Program-made: the position numbers and the translations under genes
Notes under the pieces: model-generated
What the model was told of the DNA's origin: nothing
Databases searched by the model: none
Seen by the model: the letters and a program-made list of their open reading frames with translations, nothing else
Shown: positions 26,778 to 36,424 of the stretch, in pieces
Position numbering within the stretch: the first letter of the stretch is position 1
How the letters are laid out: every line of letters starts with the position of its first letter
Origin: Spirochaetia bacterium
GTDB taxonomy: Bacteria; Spirochaetota; Spirochaetia; SZUA-6; Bin103
Assembly: GCA_965203055.1 (NCBI GenBank)
Contig: OZ241863.1
Location: forward strand, 1,728,001 to 1,792,000
Direction of reading: 5' to 3'
DNA: 64,000 bases

Positions 26778-27854
26778 CTGCAGCATAGCCGCACCCGACC
26801 GTTCCCCTGCCGCCCGCCACTGCCGCCGCGTTGCGCCGCCGCCCTGGCCGCCGCCGCCCTGGCGGGCGCGGCGCTGCTCGCCGGCTGCGGAGCGCGCGGC
26901 GCGGGCGGCGCGGAGCTGAGCGCGGCGCCGCCCGCCGCCGTCCTGCCCGCGGGAAGCGCGGCGCCAGCCGCGGCCGGCGCCGCGGCCCTTCCGGCGTCGT
27001 TGCCGGGCGCCGGCGGGCGGTCTCCGGCGCCACCCCCGGCGCCGTTGCCCGGCGCCCCCGGCGCCGGTGACGGCGCCGCGCAATGGGAACGCCATCTTGC
27101 GGGACCGTGGTACCGGCTCGCGCCGGCGGAGGCCGGCGCAGCGCCTGACCGCGGGCTGCAACTGATCCTCTTCGAACCGGAGCGGCGCCGCATCACCCTG
27201 TTCGAAGGCGACGTGCAGGAAAGCTACATCTGGGACGACTCCCACCGGCCGCCGGCGCCCCGCATCGGCATCCGGGTCCGCAACGAGCTGGTCCCCTCCA
27301 TCGAACGGACCATCGACGTGGAGGTGGTGACCGGCGCCGAGATTCGGATGGCGATGCAGGGCGGCGACCACCACTTCGACGGCGCCTACCGCAAGTTGGA
27401 TGCTGCCGCCCGCGCCCGGCTCGCGCGGTCGGGCGCGGTTCGGCCCGGCCCGGCGGAGCTCGATCTGGCCGGCCGCTATCACGCCGCCGACGGCCAGGCG
27501 ATCGACTTCGAACCGCCGCGCTTTACGTGGCAGAGCGGAGACCAGCGAGTATCCGGCGTCTACGCGCTCTACTCGTTGGAACGGCTGGTCATCGTGTTCA
27601 AGGTCACGTCGCCGGCCGGAGTCACCCGCGAACTGCGCACCTACACCGTGGACTACCGGCAACGGCGCCGCGGCGAACGGCTGCTGCGGTCGCTCGTGCT
27701 GCACCCGGCGCGGCTGGAGATTTCCGGGGTTGCGGACGCCGGCGCCGCGGCGTTGCACTTCGAACGGTTGGAGTTCGCCGAAGAGGCTGCCGCCGAAGAT
27801 CAGGGCGCCGACGACGCCCTGGTCGTCATCTCGCCGTCCGCCGACGAACGCTGA
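26778..27854 (+). CDS. Lipoprotein resembling the C-terminal part of spirochaete pallilysin-related adhesins; probable CTG start
   Basis: Frame is open upstream of TTG 27000 and encodes AAALAAAALAGAALLAGC (lipobox). AGGAAGG lies 6 nt before CTG 26778. Family call is from recall of the LAGPWY...FEPERRRITL...QESYIW pattern. Confidence 0.55.
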   Translation: MQHSRTRPFPCRPPLPPRCAAALAAAALAGAALLAGCGARGAGGAELSAAPPAAVLPAGSAAPAAAGAAALPASLPGAGGRSPAPPPAPLPGAPGAGDGAAQWERHLAGPWYRLAPAEAGAAPDRGLQLILFEPERRRITLFEGDVQESYIWDDSHRPPAPRIGIRVRNELVPSIERTIDVEVVTGAEIRMAMQGGDHHFDGAYRKLDAAARARLARSGAVRPGPAELDLAGRYHAADGQAIDFEPPRFTWQSGDQRVSGVYALYSLERLVIVFKVTSPAGVTRELRTYTVDYRQRRRGERLLRSLVLHPARLEISGVADAGAAALHFERLEFAEEAAAEDQGADDALVVISPSADER

Positions 27855-27885
27855 CGCCCGCCGCCCGCCGCTCGTTTCGCTTAGC

Positions 27886-29613
27886 TTAGCGGGTGGGAGG
27901 AGCGGGCGGCAGGTAGGAGGCATCGTCCCGGCGAACGATGATGCCCTCATGGCCGGCATCGCTGAGACTGGCCAGCAGTTGCTCGGCCTGAGCCCGAGTC
28001 ATGTTGCCGCCCACCGTCACGCGGTGGATGATGCCGCCGCCGGCGACGCGGTAGGAGCGCGCCAGCGCGGCGAATCCGGCCTGGGCGAGTCGTTGCTCCA
28101 ACTCCAGCACGTGGTCCGGATCGCGGTACGCGCCGGTCTGCACGATGAACGCCGCGGGATCGGGCCGCGCCACCGCCCGCACTGCCGGGACCGCGGGCGG
28201 CCTTGAGCGGGCGCTCGATCCCAACAAGGCCAGGACGCGGCCGGAGATCGTGTCCACGGCGCCTTCCGCGGCGGCGGTTGCCGGCCTTGCCGGGCGCGCC
28301 GGCTGCGACGAGACGCGCACCAGCGGGTCGCGCGCCGCGTCAGCCGGCGCCGCGGCTGCCGCCGGGGGCTCGGCCGCAGGCGCCCCGGGCGGCGCGGCGG
28401 AGGGACGCGCCGCCGCGAACGCCGGCGGCTCCAGCTCGGGCCGCGGCATCACCAGCGCCGGCCTGACGGGCGGCTGCTCGGCCGCGAACGGCGGTGGTTC
28501 CGGCTCCGGCAGCGGCACCAATACCGCCGGCGAGGCGGCCTCGGGCGCAGTCACGAACGCGGCCGGCGCAGCGTCGGCGCGAGGCGCTTCCGGCGCCGCG
28601 GCCGGCTCCGGCGCCGCACGCGGCGGCGGCTCCGGGGCAACCAGGGGCTCCACGGCAAGTGGCTCCGGGGCAACCGCCGGTTCCGCGGTGGAGACCGCCA
28701 AGAGGGGCGCCGTTCGCTCGACGTCAGGTAGCGGGGCCGGGGTTAGCTGCGCCGGGGCCGGCTCCGCCTCACGCGCCAGCAACCGGGCGGCCGGCGGCGG
28801 GCACGGCGGCCGGCAGGCGGCGGCGAGGGAGCCGAGCAGCATCGCCGGCGACGGAAACGCCACTACCCGCGGCGGCGGCGCCGCGCCGGCGTTCAGCTCC
28901 GCGGCCGCCAAGGCGTACTCCGGGCTGCGCGGGTAGCGGCGGCGCAGCTCCTCCAATACCTCCGCCGCCGCGGCGGCGCGGCCGTTGGCGGCCAGCAACG
29001 ACACCAGCCCATACCCGGCTACGGCGGCGGCGCCGCCGCCCGGCGCGCCGGAGGAGTCGAAGGCGGCGCGCAACGCCGGCTCCAGGCCGGCTTCGCCCAG
29101 ACCCTCACCGGAACGCACCAGACCGGCGTGAACGGCGGGCATGCCGGCGGGCGCCGTATCCGGCGTCACCTCCCCCAACTCCAGCAGCAGCGCCGCGCGC
29201 CGCTCGGCAGCGGCGCGGACGCCGGGCAGCTCCAGCGCCTGCAGCGCCTGCTCCACCCCGCCGCTCAATTCCGCCAAGTCAGCCGGGGCCGCGCGCAGCA
29301 CCGCCACCTGGTCGCCGGCCAGACCGCTCCGGTAGCGCTCCACCACCGCCTCCACGGTGGACCGCAGCGGCGCCGCGGTCACCACCTGCAACAACAGGGG
29401 AAACATGCGCGGGTCATCGGGATGGTCGGCCAGCCAGGTATCCAGCAGCGCCAGCGCGGCGTCCAGCCTGCCGCTGCCGGCGAGGTTGGCGGCGGCGTCA
29501 CCGGGGGGCTGGGCTGCTCCGGCGGGCGCCGCTCCCAGGGTCGCAAGCGCCGCCAGGGCGCCGGCAATCGCCAGGCCGCGCAGCGCCGGCCGCCGCGCGG
29601 CCGCCCGCGCCAT
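27886..29613 (-). CDS. SPOR-domain protein with TPR-like N-terminal region and Pro/Ala linker
   Basis: Signal peptide; LRRRYPRSPE helix end; C-terminal FIVQTGAYRD...HRVTVG SPOR domain. Confidence 0.8.
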   Translation of the reverse strand: MARAAARRPALRGLAIAGALAALATLGAAPAGAAQPPGDAAANLAGSGRLDAALALLDTWLADHPDDPRMFPLLLQVVTAAPLRSTVEAVVERYRSGLAGDQVAVLRAAPADLAELSGGVEQALQALELPGVRAAAERRAALLLELGEVTPDTAPAGMPAVHAGLVRSGEGLGEAGLEPALRAAFDSSGAPGGGAAAVAGYGLVSLLAANGRAAAAAEVLEELRRRYPRSPEYALAAAELNAGAAPPPRVVAFPSPAMLLGSLAAACRPPCPPPAARLLAREAEPAPAQLTPAPLPDVERTAPLLAVSTAEPAVAPEPLAVEPLVAPEPPPRAAPEPAAAPEAPRADAAPAAFVTAPEAASPAVLVPLPEPEPPPFAAEQPPVRPALVMPRPELEPPAFAAARPSAAPPGAPAAEPPAAAAAPADAARDPLVRVSSQPARPARPATAAAEGAVDTISGRVLALLGSSARSRPPAVPAVRAVARPDPAAFIVQTGAYRDPDHVLELEQRLAQAGFAALARSYRVAGGGIIHRVTVGGNMTRAQAEQLLASLSDAGHEGIIVRRDDASYLPPAPPTR

Positions 29614-29738
29614 TGGCCTGCCGCCGGCGCACGCCCCGGCGCACGCCCCGACGCGCGCGGCGCCCGCGGGTACGGCCCGCGGGCGCCGGCGCAACCCGCC
29701 GGCGCAACCCGCCGGCGCTCCGGCGCGGGCGCGCAAGC

Positions 29739-30176
29739 TCAATCCGGTCTCTCTTTGCGCCGCGACCCCAGCGGCCACCTCCTTGCCTTCCGGGCGGGAG
29801 GCTCCGGCGCGCCCTCCGTGACCGCGGATTCCTGCTCCTCGGCTTCGCCCCGCGGCACCGTCACCGCCGGCTCATCCTCGGCGCCGACGACCGGCGCGGC
29901 GCCGGCAGCCGGCGCCGCGTCAGATTCATCGGTGAGCTGCAACCGGGGTTCGGGCCGGGGTTGGGGTTCGGGCTGCGGGCGGCGGCGGCGCGGTACCATG
30001 AACGGCACTACCAGCAGCGCCCCGAGCGTCACCGAGACCAAGCTGGTCAGGAATACCGGAACCGACCTGAAGGTATAGATCCCGATTGACACGTCGGAGC
30101 GATGGTCCAGGTTGAACGCCGTAAAGGCGGTAACGACGATCAGGAGCCCGACAAGTCCGAATACCCTCCACGGCAT
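29739..30176 (-). CDS. LapA-family small membrane protein
   Basis: Two TM helices with FTAFNLDHRSDVSIG and VPVFL, then an acidic Pro-rich tail. Confidence 0.65.
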   Translation of the reverse strand: MPWRVFGLVGLLIVVTAFTAFNLDHRSDVSIGIYTFRSVPVFLTSLVSVTLGALLVVPFMVPRRRRPQPEPQPRPEPRLQLTDESDAAPAAGAAPVVGAEDEPAVTVPRGEAEEQESAVTEGAPEPPARKARRWPLGSRRKERPD

Positions 30177-30254
30177 AGGCTGATGGTCCTTCACGGATAG
30201 ATTATCGGCAGGTGCCGCGCGCCGCCCGCGCGCCGCGCCGCGCACCGGCCCGCG

Positions 30255-30479
30255 CTACATCCGGCGCCGCAGGTTGCGAATGAACTGGTAGCCGTTGTAA
30301 CCGCCCAGGGCGAGCAGTCCGACGCCTCCCAGCGTCAGCAGGGTGCTTCCGATCCCGCCCACGACCGGGATCAGGTTCACCAGCGCGGCCGCGACGAACA
30401 GCCCCACCCCGCCGCCAATGCCGCCGATGGCGCGCACTCCCTGCTGCGATACTTTCTCTCTCGGTACCAAGTCGCTCAC
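30255..30479 (-). CDS. Small hydrophobic membrane protein
   Basis: GGAGG SD; 74 aa with two Gly-rich TM helices and a basic C-terminus. Confidence 0.65.
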   Translation of the reverse strand: MSDLVPREKVSQQGVRAIGGIGGGVGLFVAAALVNLIPVVGGIGSTLLTLGGVGLLALGGYNGYQFIRNLRRRM

Positions 30480-30646
30480 CCGTGCCCTCCGTCACCATCG
30501 CTAAGGTAGCGGTCCGGCTTCCCCAAGTCCACCGCGGGCGGCAAGCGGCGCCGGTCCCGATCTTGCAGTTGCGGGCCGAAAGCGGGTATGTTGAACCCAC
30601 CTTAATCGAAAACACACGTTATCAGAGGATGCGAGCGACAGCAAAA

Positions 30647-31084
30647 ATGGCAACCAAGCACGTTGCCGCCAATTGTATCATCGGCGCCGGGTCGATCTTT
30701 CACGGGCGGCTCGCCGTCACCGGCAAACTCCACATCGAAGGCAAGTTTCAGGGCGACATCATTACCGAGGGTGACGTCGAGGTGGGTCCGACGGGCCAGG
30801 CGAAGACCGACGTCTCCACCCGCAAGGTGATCGTCGCCGGTACCTTCATCGGCAACATCCAGGCCTCCGAAGAGGTGTACGTGAAGCAGAGCGGCAAGGT
30901 GCTCGGCAGCATCACCACTCCCAAGCTCACCCTGGAGCCGGGTGTGGTCACCAGTGGCAACGTCACGATTACCTCCGAACAGCCGGACGCCGTGGTCGAT
31001 ACGGTGATCAGCGCCTACGGGGCGGATGCGAAAGATGCGTTCGCCGCCAACGGCGCGCCGCTGCGCGGCGGCGAAGCGGAGTGA
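30647..31084 (+). CDS. Bactofilin (second paralogue)
   Basis: IIGAGSIFHG...LHIEGKFQG...VIVAGTFIGNIQA...PKLTLEPG. GTGA overlap with map. Confidence 0.88.
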   Translation: MATKHVAANCIIGAGSIFHGRLAVTGKLHIEGKFQGDIITEGDVEVGPTGQAKTDVSTRKVIVAGTFIGNIQASEEVYVKQSGKVLGSITTPKLTLEPGVVTSGNVTITSEQPDAVVDTVISAYGADAKDAFAANGAPLRGGEAE

Positions 31085-31824
31085 GGCGCCTCAAGAGCGG
31101 GCACGACATACGCCGCATACGCGAGTCAGCCGCGCTGCTCAAGGAGACGCTCGGGATCTTGCGCCGGCAGGCAGGTCCGGGCGTCAGCACGCGCCACCTC
31201 AACGACGTCGCCGCGGCTCATCTGCGCGCGCGCGGCGCGCGCCCCTCGTTCTTCGGTTACATGGATTATCCGGCCGCCATCTGCGTGTCGATCAACGACG
31301 AGGTGATCCACGGCATCCCCGGCAAGCGGCGCCTGCGCGAGGGCGACATCGTGGGGCTGGACCTGGGAGTCGAGATCGACGGCTACTATGCTGACGGAGC
31401 GTTGACCATACCGGTGGGCCGCATCTCCGCGGACCTGCAGCGCCTGCTGAACACCACCCAGGAGTGTCTCCGTCTCGGCATCGCCCAGGCCGTGGCCGGC
31501 AACCGGGTCAAGGACGTATCGCGCGCCATCTACAACCACGCCAGAAACGCGGGGTACGGCATCGTGCGGCAATACTGCGGGCACGGCCTCGGCTTCGCGG
31601 TGCACGAGGACCCTCAGGTCCCCAACTATCCCGACTACCGCGAGAATCCGCGGCTCAAGCCGGGCATGGTGCTGGCGGTCGAGCCGATGCTCAACGCCGG
31701 CACCGGCGAGATCTCGGTGCTGGCGGACGGCTGGACGGTGGTAACCGACGACGGCCAGCCCTCCGCCCACTTCGAGCACACCATCGCCATCTTCAAGGAT
31801 CGCACCGAGATCCTCACCGCCTGA
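31081..31824 (+). CDS. map: Type I methionine aminopeptidase
   Basis: CVSINDEVIHGIP, DLG...DGYYAD, GHGLG..HEDP, EPM, SAHFEHT. Confidence 0.96.
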   Translation: MRRLKSGHDIRRIRESAALLKETLGILRRQAGPGVSTRHLNDVAAAHLRARGARPSFFGYMDYPAAICVSINDEVIHGIPGKRRLREGDIVGLDLGVEIDGYYADGALTIPVGRISADLQRLLNTTQECLRLGIAQAVAGNRVKDVSRAIYNHARNAGYGIVRQYCGHGLGFAVHEDPQVPNYPDYRENPRLKPGMVLAVEPMLNAGTGEISVLADGWTVVTDDGQPSAHFEHTIAIFKDRTEILTA

Positions 31825-31850
31825 ACGGAACGGGCGCGCGGCAGCCGGAG

Positions 31851-32963
31851 CTACTCCCAGTTCCAGATCTCGAGTCGCCCGCCGGCCTTGCTCAAGTCGA
31901 TGCTGGACAGTCCGTCGCCCGCAGTGGTCGCGAACACGATGTTCCCGAACCGCGCGAAGCCGGTGACGTGCGCCTCGTAGAGCTGGCTGGTGAGGCGCGG
32001 CCCGCGGGTGGCGTCGTCGGGTGAACTGCCGTCCTCGAACCGGTAGAAGCCATGGTCCCGGGTGCCGACGAGGATGGTGCGGTCGATCTGCGTGAATGCG
32101 GTCAGCGCCAACGCGCTATCGTCCGCCGCGGATGGCTGCGGCTGGCGCTCGATCTCGCCCTTGGTCCAAGTATTGCCGTCGGTGGTGAAGTGAACCAACC
32201 CGTTCCCGCCGGCGACGTAGAGCCGGTCGCGCGCGGCGTTGAGAAACACGCCCTCGTACGATCCGCCGCCGCCCTCAGGCTGCTCCTCGTGCTCGACAAG
32301 CTCTTCGAGCGTCTCACCGCGGTACAGCTTGGCGCCGGCCGTCATCCAGTACGCGCCGAACGCGTACGCCGCGTCGACCGGGCGGCTCGCCGTGTCCTGC
32401 ATTCCCTCCACCGGGCTGAAGCTGCGGCAGTCAGCGTCACTCGCGTACACGCGGTAGGTGTGTTGAGCTTCCCCCAGCGTGGTGATCGTAATCGCCAGGA
32501 GCTTGCCGTCGGGGCTGCGCGGCACGGCGAACACGCGCTGCACCTGCTCGCCGGCGTCCACTCCGGCGACCTGCTTCCAGTCGGGCGACGCGGCCGCCGC
32601 GGCGCGGAACAACCCGCGTTCGGTGCCGGCGCACAGGTCGTTGCCGGCAGCCGCCAGCCCGAGGACGAGCAACTCCTCGCCGCGGGATCGAGGCCGCGCC
32701 ACCGGCTGCCAATCCCTGTTCTCGTCCCGGTCGACCGTGCGCCACGCGCCCCCGGCCGCCAAGTAAAAATGCCCGCCTGCCCGCACCACCGCGGTCGCCG
32801 TCAGCTCATCGTTCAGGTTGCCGTTGTCGCGCCGCGCTTCGGTTGCCAGGGTGTAGAAGATTCCGCGCCCCTCGCAGCCGGCCAGCGCCAGGATCACCGC
32901 CGCGGCGCCCATCCCGCGCGCGGCCGCCGCCAGCGCGCCCCGCCGCCGCCCGGTCAAGCCCAT
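31851..32963 (-). CDS. Hypothetical lipoprotein, probable beta-propeller
   Basis: Lipobox LAGC followed by GIFYTL; beta-rich repeats; TGATG coupling to the upstream gene. Confidence 0.72.
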   Translation of the reverse strand: MGLTGRRRGALAAAARGMGAAAVILALAGCEGRGIFYTLATEARRDNGNLNDELTATAVVRAGGHFYLAAGGAWRTVDRDENRDWQPVARPRSRGEELLVLGLAAAGNDLCAGTERGLFRAAAAASPDWKQVAGVDAGEQVQRVFAVPRSPDGKLLAITITTLGEAQHTYRVYASDADCRSFSPVEGMQDTASRPVDAAYAFGAYWMTAGAKLYRGETLEELVEHEEQPEGGGGSYEGVFLNAARDRLYVAGGNGLVHFTTDGNTWTKGEIERQPQPSAADDSALALTAFTQIDRTILVGTRDHGFYRFEDGSSPDDATRGPRLTSQLYEAHVTGFARFGNIVFATTAGDGLSSIDLSKAGGRLEIWNWE

Positions 32964-33637
32964 CAGAAGTGATACACCGCGGTGGCGGTGGCGGTAACGA
33001 AGTTGCCGAATATGTGGGGGTTGCCCTCCCCGCCCGACCACGGCGGCTCCCAGGTGAACCAGTACTCCGCGGTGACCCCGAATGACCAGTCCTCGGTGGC
33101 GCGCCAGAGGAACGACGCGGCCGGCTGCAGCGCGAAGGCGACGCTGGTCTTGTCCACCAGCCGCATGACCGTGGCGCCCAGACCCAGCATCAGCGGAATC
33201 TCGAACTGCGGCGTGTTGATCACGTAGCCGCCGCGCACCAGGATCGGCACCAGATACAGCAGCGCCTGGTTGATGTCGCCGGCCACCGCGCCGCTCACCT
33301 CCATGCCGAGGGTGAACGACGGGTTCAGGTAGGCGTTCCAGCTCACCGCGCCGGTGCCCATCACCGACAAGTTGGGCGCCAGCGCGATTCGGCTTCCATG
33401 CTCGTAGGTTTCGACCGCCTCGGTTGCGAGCAGAAACAGCGGGAATCCCGCGCCCAGGCGGATCGACAACGCGCTGTCGCCCAGGTCATAGCGCGGCGCC
33501 GAGACTTCCGCCTGCTCCGGGTCCTCCGCTTCCGCTTCCTGAGAAAAGACCGCCGGCGGACACCACCACGCCGCGCCCAGCAGCCACCACGCCAAGGCGG
33601 TTCCGGGCCGGAACCGCCGCCGGTAGAGATTCGCCAC
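32963..33637 (-). CDS. Outer-membrane beta-barrel protein (TP0733/OmpW-like)
   Basis: Signal peptide ending VFSQE, amphipathic strands, terminal aromatic ...AVYHF. Confidence 0.72.
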   Translation of the reverse strand: MANLYRRRFRPGTALAWWLLGAAWWCPPAVFSQEAEAEDPEQAEVSAPRYDLGDSALSIRLGAGFPLFLLATEAVETYEHGSRIALAPNLSVMGTGAVSWNAYLNPSFTLGMEVSGAVAGDINQALLYLVPILVRGGYVINTPQFEIPLMLGLGATVMRLVDKTSVAFALQPAASFLWRATEDWSFGVTAEYWFTWEPPWSGGEGNPHIFGNFVTATATAVYHF

Positions 33638-33696
33638 TGGCGTTACCCTACTACAGGGTGGCCGGCTGCGCCAAGCCGGATCCGCCGCTACTGCTG

Positions 33697-34149
33697 CTAC
33701 TGCGCCGGCCGGCGGGCGGCGCCGGCGCCGGCGCGCTCCGCCGCGGTCTTGCGCACCCCGTCCAGCACCCCGTTTACGAAGCGATACGAATCGTCGCCGC
33801 CAAACTGCCGGGCCACGGCCACGCTCTCGTCGATGGTCACCTCCGCCGGGATGTCGGGTTGATAGAGCAGGCAGTACACGCCGAGCCGCAGTACCGACAG
33901 GTCCACCCGCGCTACCCGGTCGAGGTCCCAGTGCTGCAGATGGCAGCCGATCATGCGGTCGACCGCGGCCAGGTTCTCGATGCAACCCGCGACCAGCAGC
34001 GAGGCGAAGTCCAGCGCGCCGGCCAGTTGCCGCCGGCGGCGCGGTTCGATCCACGAGTAATCCGCCAGCTCGGCCGGCGCCGGGCGCGCGATTTCGTACC
34101 GGTACAAGGTCTGCACGGCGATGACCCGACCGTCGCGCCGCATTCCCAT
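33697..34149 (-). CDS. nusB: Transcription antitermination factor NusB
   Basis: RRDGRVIAVQTLY, WDLDRVARVDLSVLRL, VTIDESV, FVNGVLD. Confidence 0.95.
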   Translation of the reverse strand: MGMRRDGRVIAVQTLYRYEIARPAPAELADYSWIEPRRRRQLAGALDFASLLVAGCIENLAAVDRMIGCHLQHWDLDRVARVDLSVLRLGVYCLLYQPDIPAEVTIDESVAVARQFGGDDSYRFVNGVLDGVRKTAAERAGAGAARRPAQ

Positions 34150-34162
34150 GGGTCGCCCCTGC

Positions 34163-35242
34163 CTACCAGCGGAGGTTGGCGTCGAAGATGCGCACTTCGG
34201 CCTGCTCCCGCAGCTCCTCCAGCGTGGCCAGCAGCGCATCCTGGTACGCGCGCGCCTGCACGTTGTTGGCCAACAACACGCGAATTCGATCCCGCACGCG
34301 GCCGCCGGACTGAGGATTCACCGGATCGTCGAGCCCCAGGATCTTGGCCTGCACCTTGTCCGTGACCCGGATGATGTGAAAGCCGACGTTGGAACGCAGC
34401 ACGCCGCTGGTTTCTCCGACCTGCAGCGCGAACGGGGCTTCGAAGAACTCCTGTCCCAGAAGCTGGCCGGTGGCGGCGTCGTCGCGCCGCAGGTAGGTGC
34501 CGAAGGTGCCGCCGGCCTCGCGCGAGCCGGGGTCCTCGGAGTATTCCAGTACCAGGGCGCCGAAGTCGGCGCCGGCCGCCAGCTCGCGGTGCACTCGTTC
34601 GGCGCGCTCCCGTACCGCGGCGCGCGCCGCGTCGTCGGTGATCTGCCGGGTATCGAAGTAGATGTGCCTGAACTGGACCATGTCCGGCTGCACGAACACC
34701 GAGGTCTTGTTCGCCTCGTAGAACTCCAGCACGTCCGCCTCGGTGGGCAGCGGGACGCTGCGCAGCTCGTCGCCGCGCACCCGCGCCACGTAGCGCTGCT
34801 GGATCAACGCCTTGCGGAGCTGTTCCTGATACTCCTCCCACGACAGCCCGGTCTGGCCGACCAGCGCCTGGTACTCGTCGAGCGTCAATGGGCGGCCGAG
34901 GTTGAGCCGCTCGCTTTCCTGCTGGCGGAGCTGGTCGATGCGCGCCGCGACGTCGGCGCTGGTCACTTCGATGCGCTCCTCGGCCGCGGCCTGCTCGAAC
35001 AGCTTCTCGCCGACCAGCAGGTCGAGAATGGCGCGGCGCTGCTCCGCCGGCACCGGCTGACCGGTGCGTCCCTCCAGGAAATCCAGTTGCGTGCGTAGCT
35101 GGCGCACGCTGATCACTTCCAGCTTCTGCAGCCGCACGGTGGCCGCCGGGCTGTCGATCGCCTGGGCGGCGGCCGCGGCGGCCGCCATGAGGCCGAGAAT
35201 CAGAGCAAGAACTGTCGCGCGCGCGGCCACTGCACCCCCCAT
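34163..35242 (-). CDS. SurA/PrsA-like parvulin peptidyl-prolyl isomerase
   Basis: Signal peptide, SurA-N-like helices, FRHIYF, YSEDPGSREAGG, SNVGFHIIRV. Confidence 0.88.
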   Translation of the reverse strand: MGGAVAARATVLALILGLMAAAAAAAQAIDSPAATVRLQKLEVISVRQLRTQLDFLEGRTGQPVPAEQRRAILDLLVGEKLFEQAAAEERIEVTSADVAARIDQLRQQESERLNLGRPLTLDEYQALVGQTGLSWEEYQEQLRKALIQQRYVARVRGDELRSVPLPTEADVLEFYEANKTSVFVQPDMVQFRHIYFDTRQITDDAARAAVRERAERVHRELAAGADFGALVLEYSEDPGSREAGGTFGTYLRRDDAATGQLLGQEFFEAPFALQVGETSGVLRSNVGFHIIRVTDKVQAKILGLDDPVNPQSGGRVRDRIRVLLANNVQARAYQDALLATLEELREQAEVRIFDANLRW

Positions 35243-35310
35243 TCGCCAACCCCAATATACTACGCCGCGAGCGCTTGGCGGCCGCGGCAGCCGCGCGGGC
35301 GCCGGACCGC

Positions 35311-36129
35311 CTAGCGGAGGGAGCCGGCCAGGTCGCTGAACCCGATCTTCTCTTTCAGCTTCTTCACCCCGGCCAGCTTGCTGTCCAGCTCCAGGCCGCG
35401 GCGCAGATGATCGGCGGCGCGCTCGTTGGCGCCGTGATTGGAGTAGATCTCGGCGATCTTCTTGTGGAAGAAGGCCGACTCCTTGCGCGAAATCCGGAGC
35501 TCGATCAGTTCCTCGATGTGCGCGATGACCACGGCCGCCGGCAGCAGCGGCACCATCTTGAAGCAGGTCAGGAGCCGCAACCGTTCCACCACCTCTTCGA
35601 TGAAGTGATGGAAGTAGGGGCGCTCGCGCTCATGCAGGTAGAGGCGCCGGTACAACTCCGCGGCCCGGATCAGGTCGCCGCGGCGCTCGAACGCCTCGGC
35701 CAGCAGAAACGAGCAATCCATGAAGTCGTCGTGCGGCATGTACTCGCGCAAGTCGATGTGCGCCAGCAGGAGCTGCTCGTAGGTCTCCAGCGCCTCCTCG
35801 TCGTGGGAGTGCAGCAGGTCGTAGAAGATCAGCTTGGTCTGGCTGACGTAGTCGGTGCGCCGGCGGCGCAGGAATTCGCGGTAGTCGAAGGTGACGGTGC
35901 GGAACAGGTTGGCATGGGTGCGGTCGTAGTTGACGCGCCGCTGCGGGTCGCTCAACACCTCGTAGGCGTCGATCAGCGAGCGCATCCGCTCCTCGGAGCC
36001 GGATGACGTGGAGCCGGACGACGCGGTATCGGGATGAAGCTCTTTCGCGCGGCGGCGGAAGGAGCGTTTGATCTCGACCGCGCTGGCCTGGGGAGAGACG
36101 CCGAGGGTCTTGTAGTAGTTCCGAGACAA
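35311..36129 (-). CDS. DnaJ-domain protein with TPR-like C-terminus
   Basis: NYYKTLGV...HPD...AYEVLSDPQRRVNYD J-domain. Confidence 0.9.
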   Translation of the reverse strand: MSRNYYKTLGVSPQASAVEIKRSFRRRAKELHPDTASSGSTSSGSEERMRSLIDAYEVLSDPQRRVNYDRTHANLFRTVTFDYREFLRRRRTDYVSQTKLIFYDLLHSHDEEALETYEQLLLAHIDLREYMPHDDFMDCSFLLAEAFERRGDLIRAAELYRRLYLHERERPYFHHFIEEVVERLRLLTCFKMVPLLPAAVVIAHIEELIELRISRKESAFFHKKIAEIYSNHGANERAADHLRRGLELDSKLAGVKKLKEKIGFSDLAGSLR

Positions 36130-36216
36130 AGTACCCCTTCGCCTCGCCGAGGATTACCCCTCCCTGACAACCACGACGGACCTACCCGGCATTGCCTCCG
36201 CCGGGCATTGCAGGGG

Positions 36217-36246
36217 ACGGTAGTAGATCGCCGCCGGGCATGTCAA
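36217..36246 (-). promoter_or_regulatory. Candidate sigma70 promoter of the DnaJ-domain/SurA/nusB cluster
   Basis: Minus strand reads TTGACA-N18-TACCGT, immediately downstream of the HNH truncation point. Confidence 0.55.
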
Positions 36247-36424
36247 CCCACCCTTCGGCGGCGCCGCCGCGGGCATACGGCACGACGTGATCGATCTGCA
36301 GCAGGTGTTGGGAGCCACAGCGGCGCCCGCTGGTGCCGTCCACGTAGCGGCAGCGGCCCCGGTCGCGCCGCCACACCTCGCGCTTGACCGCCGCCGGGAT
36401 GGCGCGGCCGGTCGCTCCGCCGAC

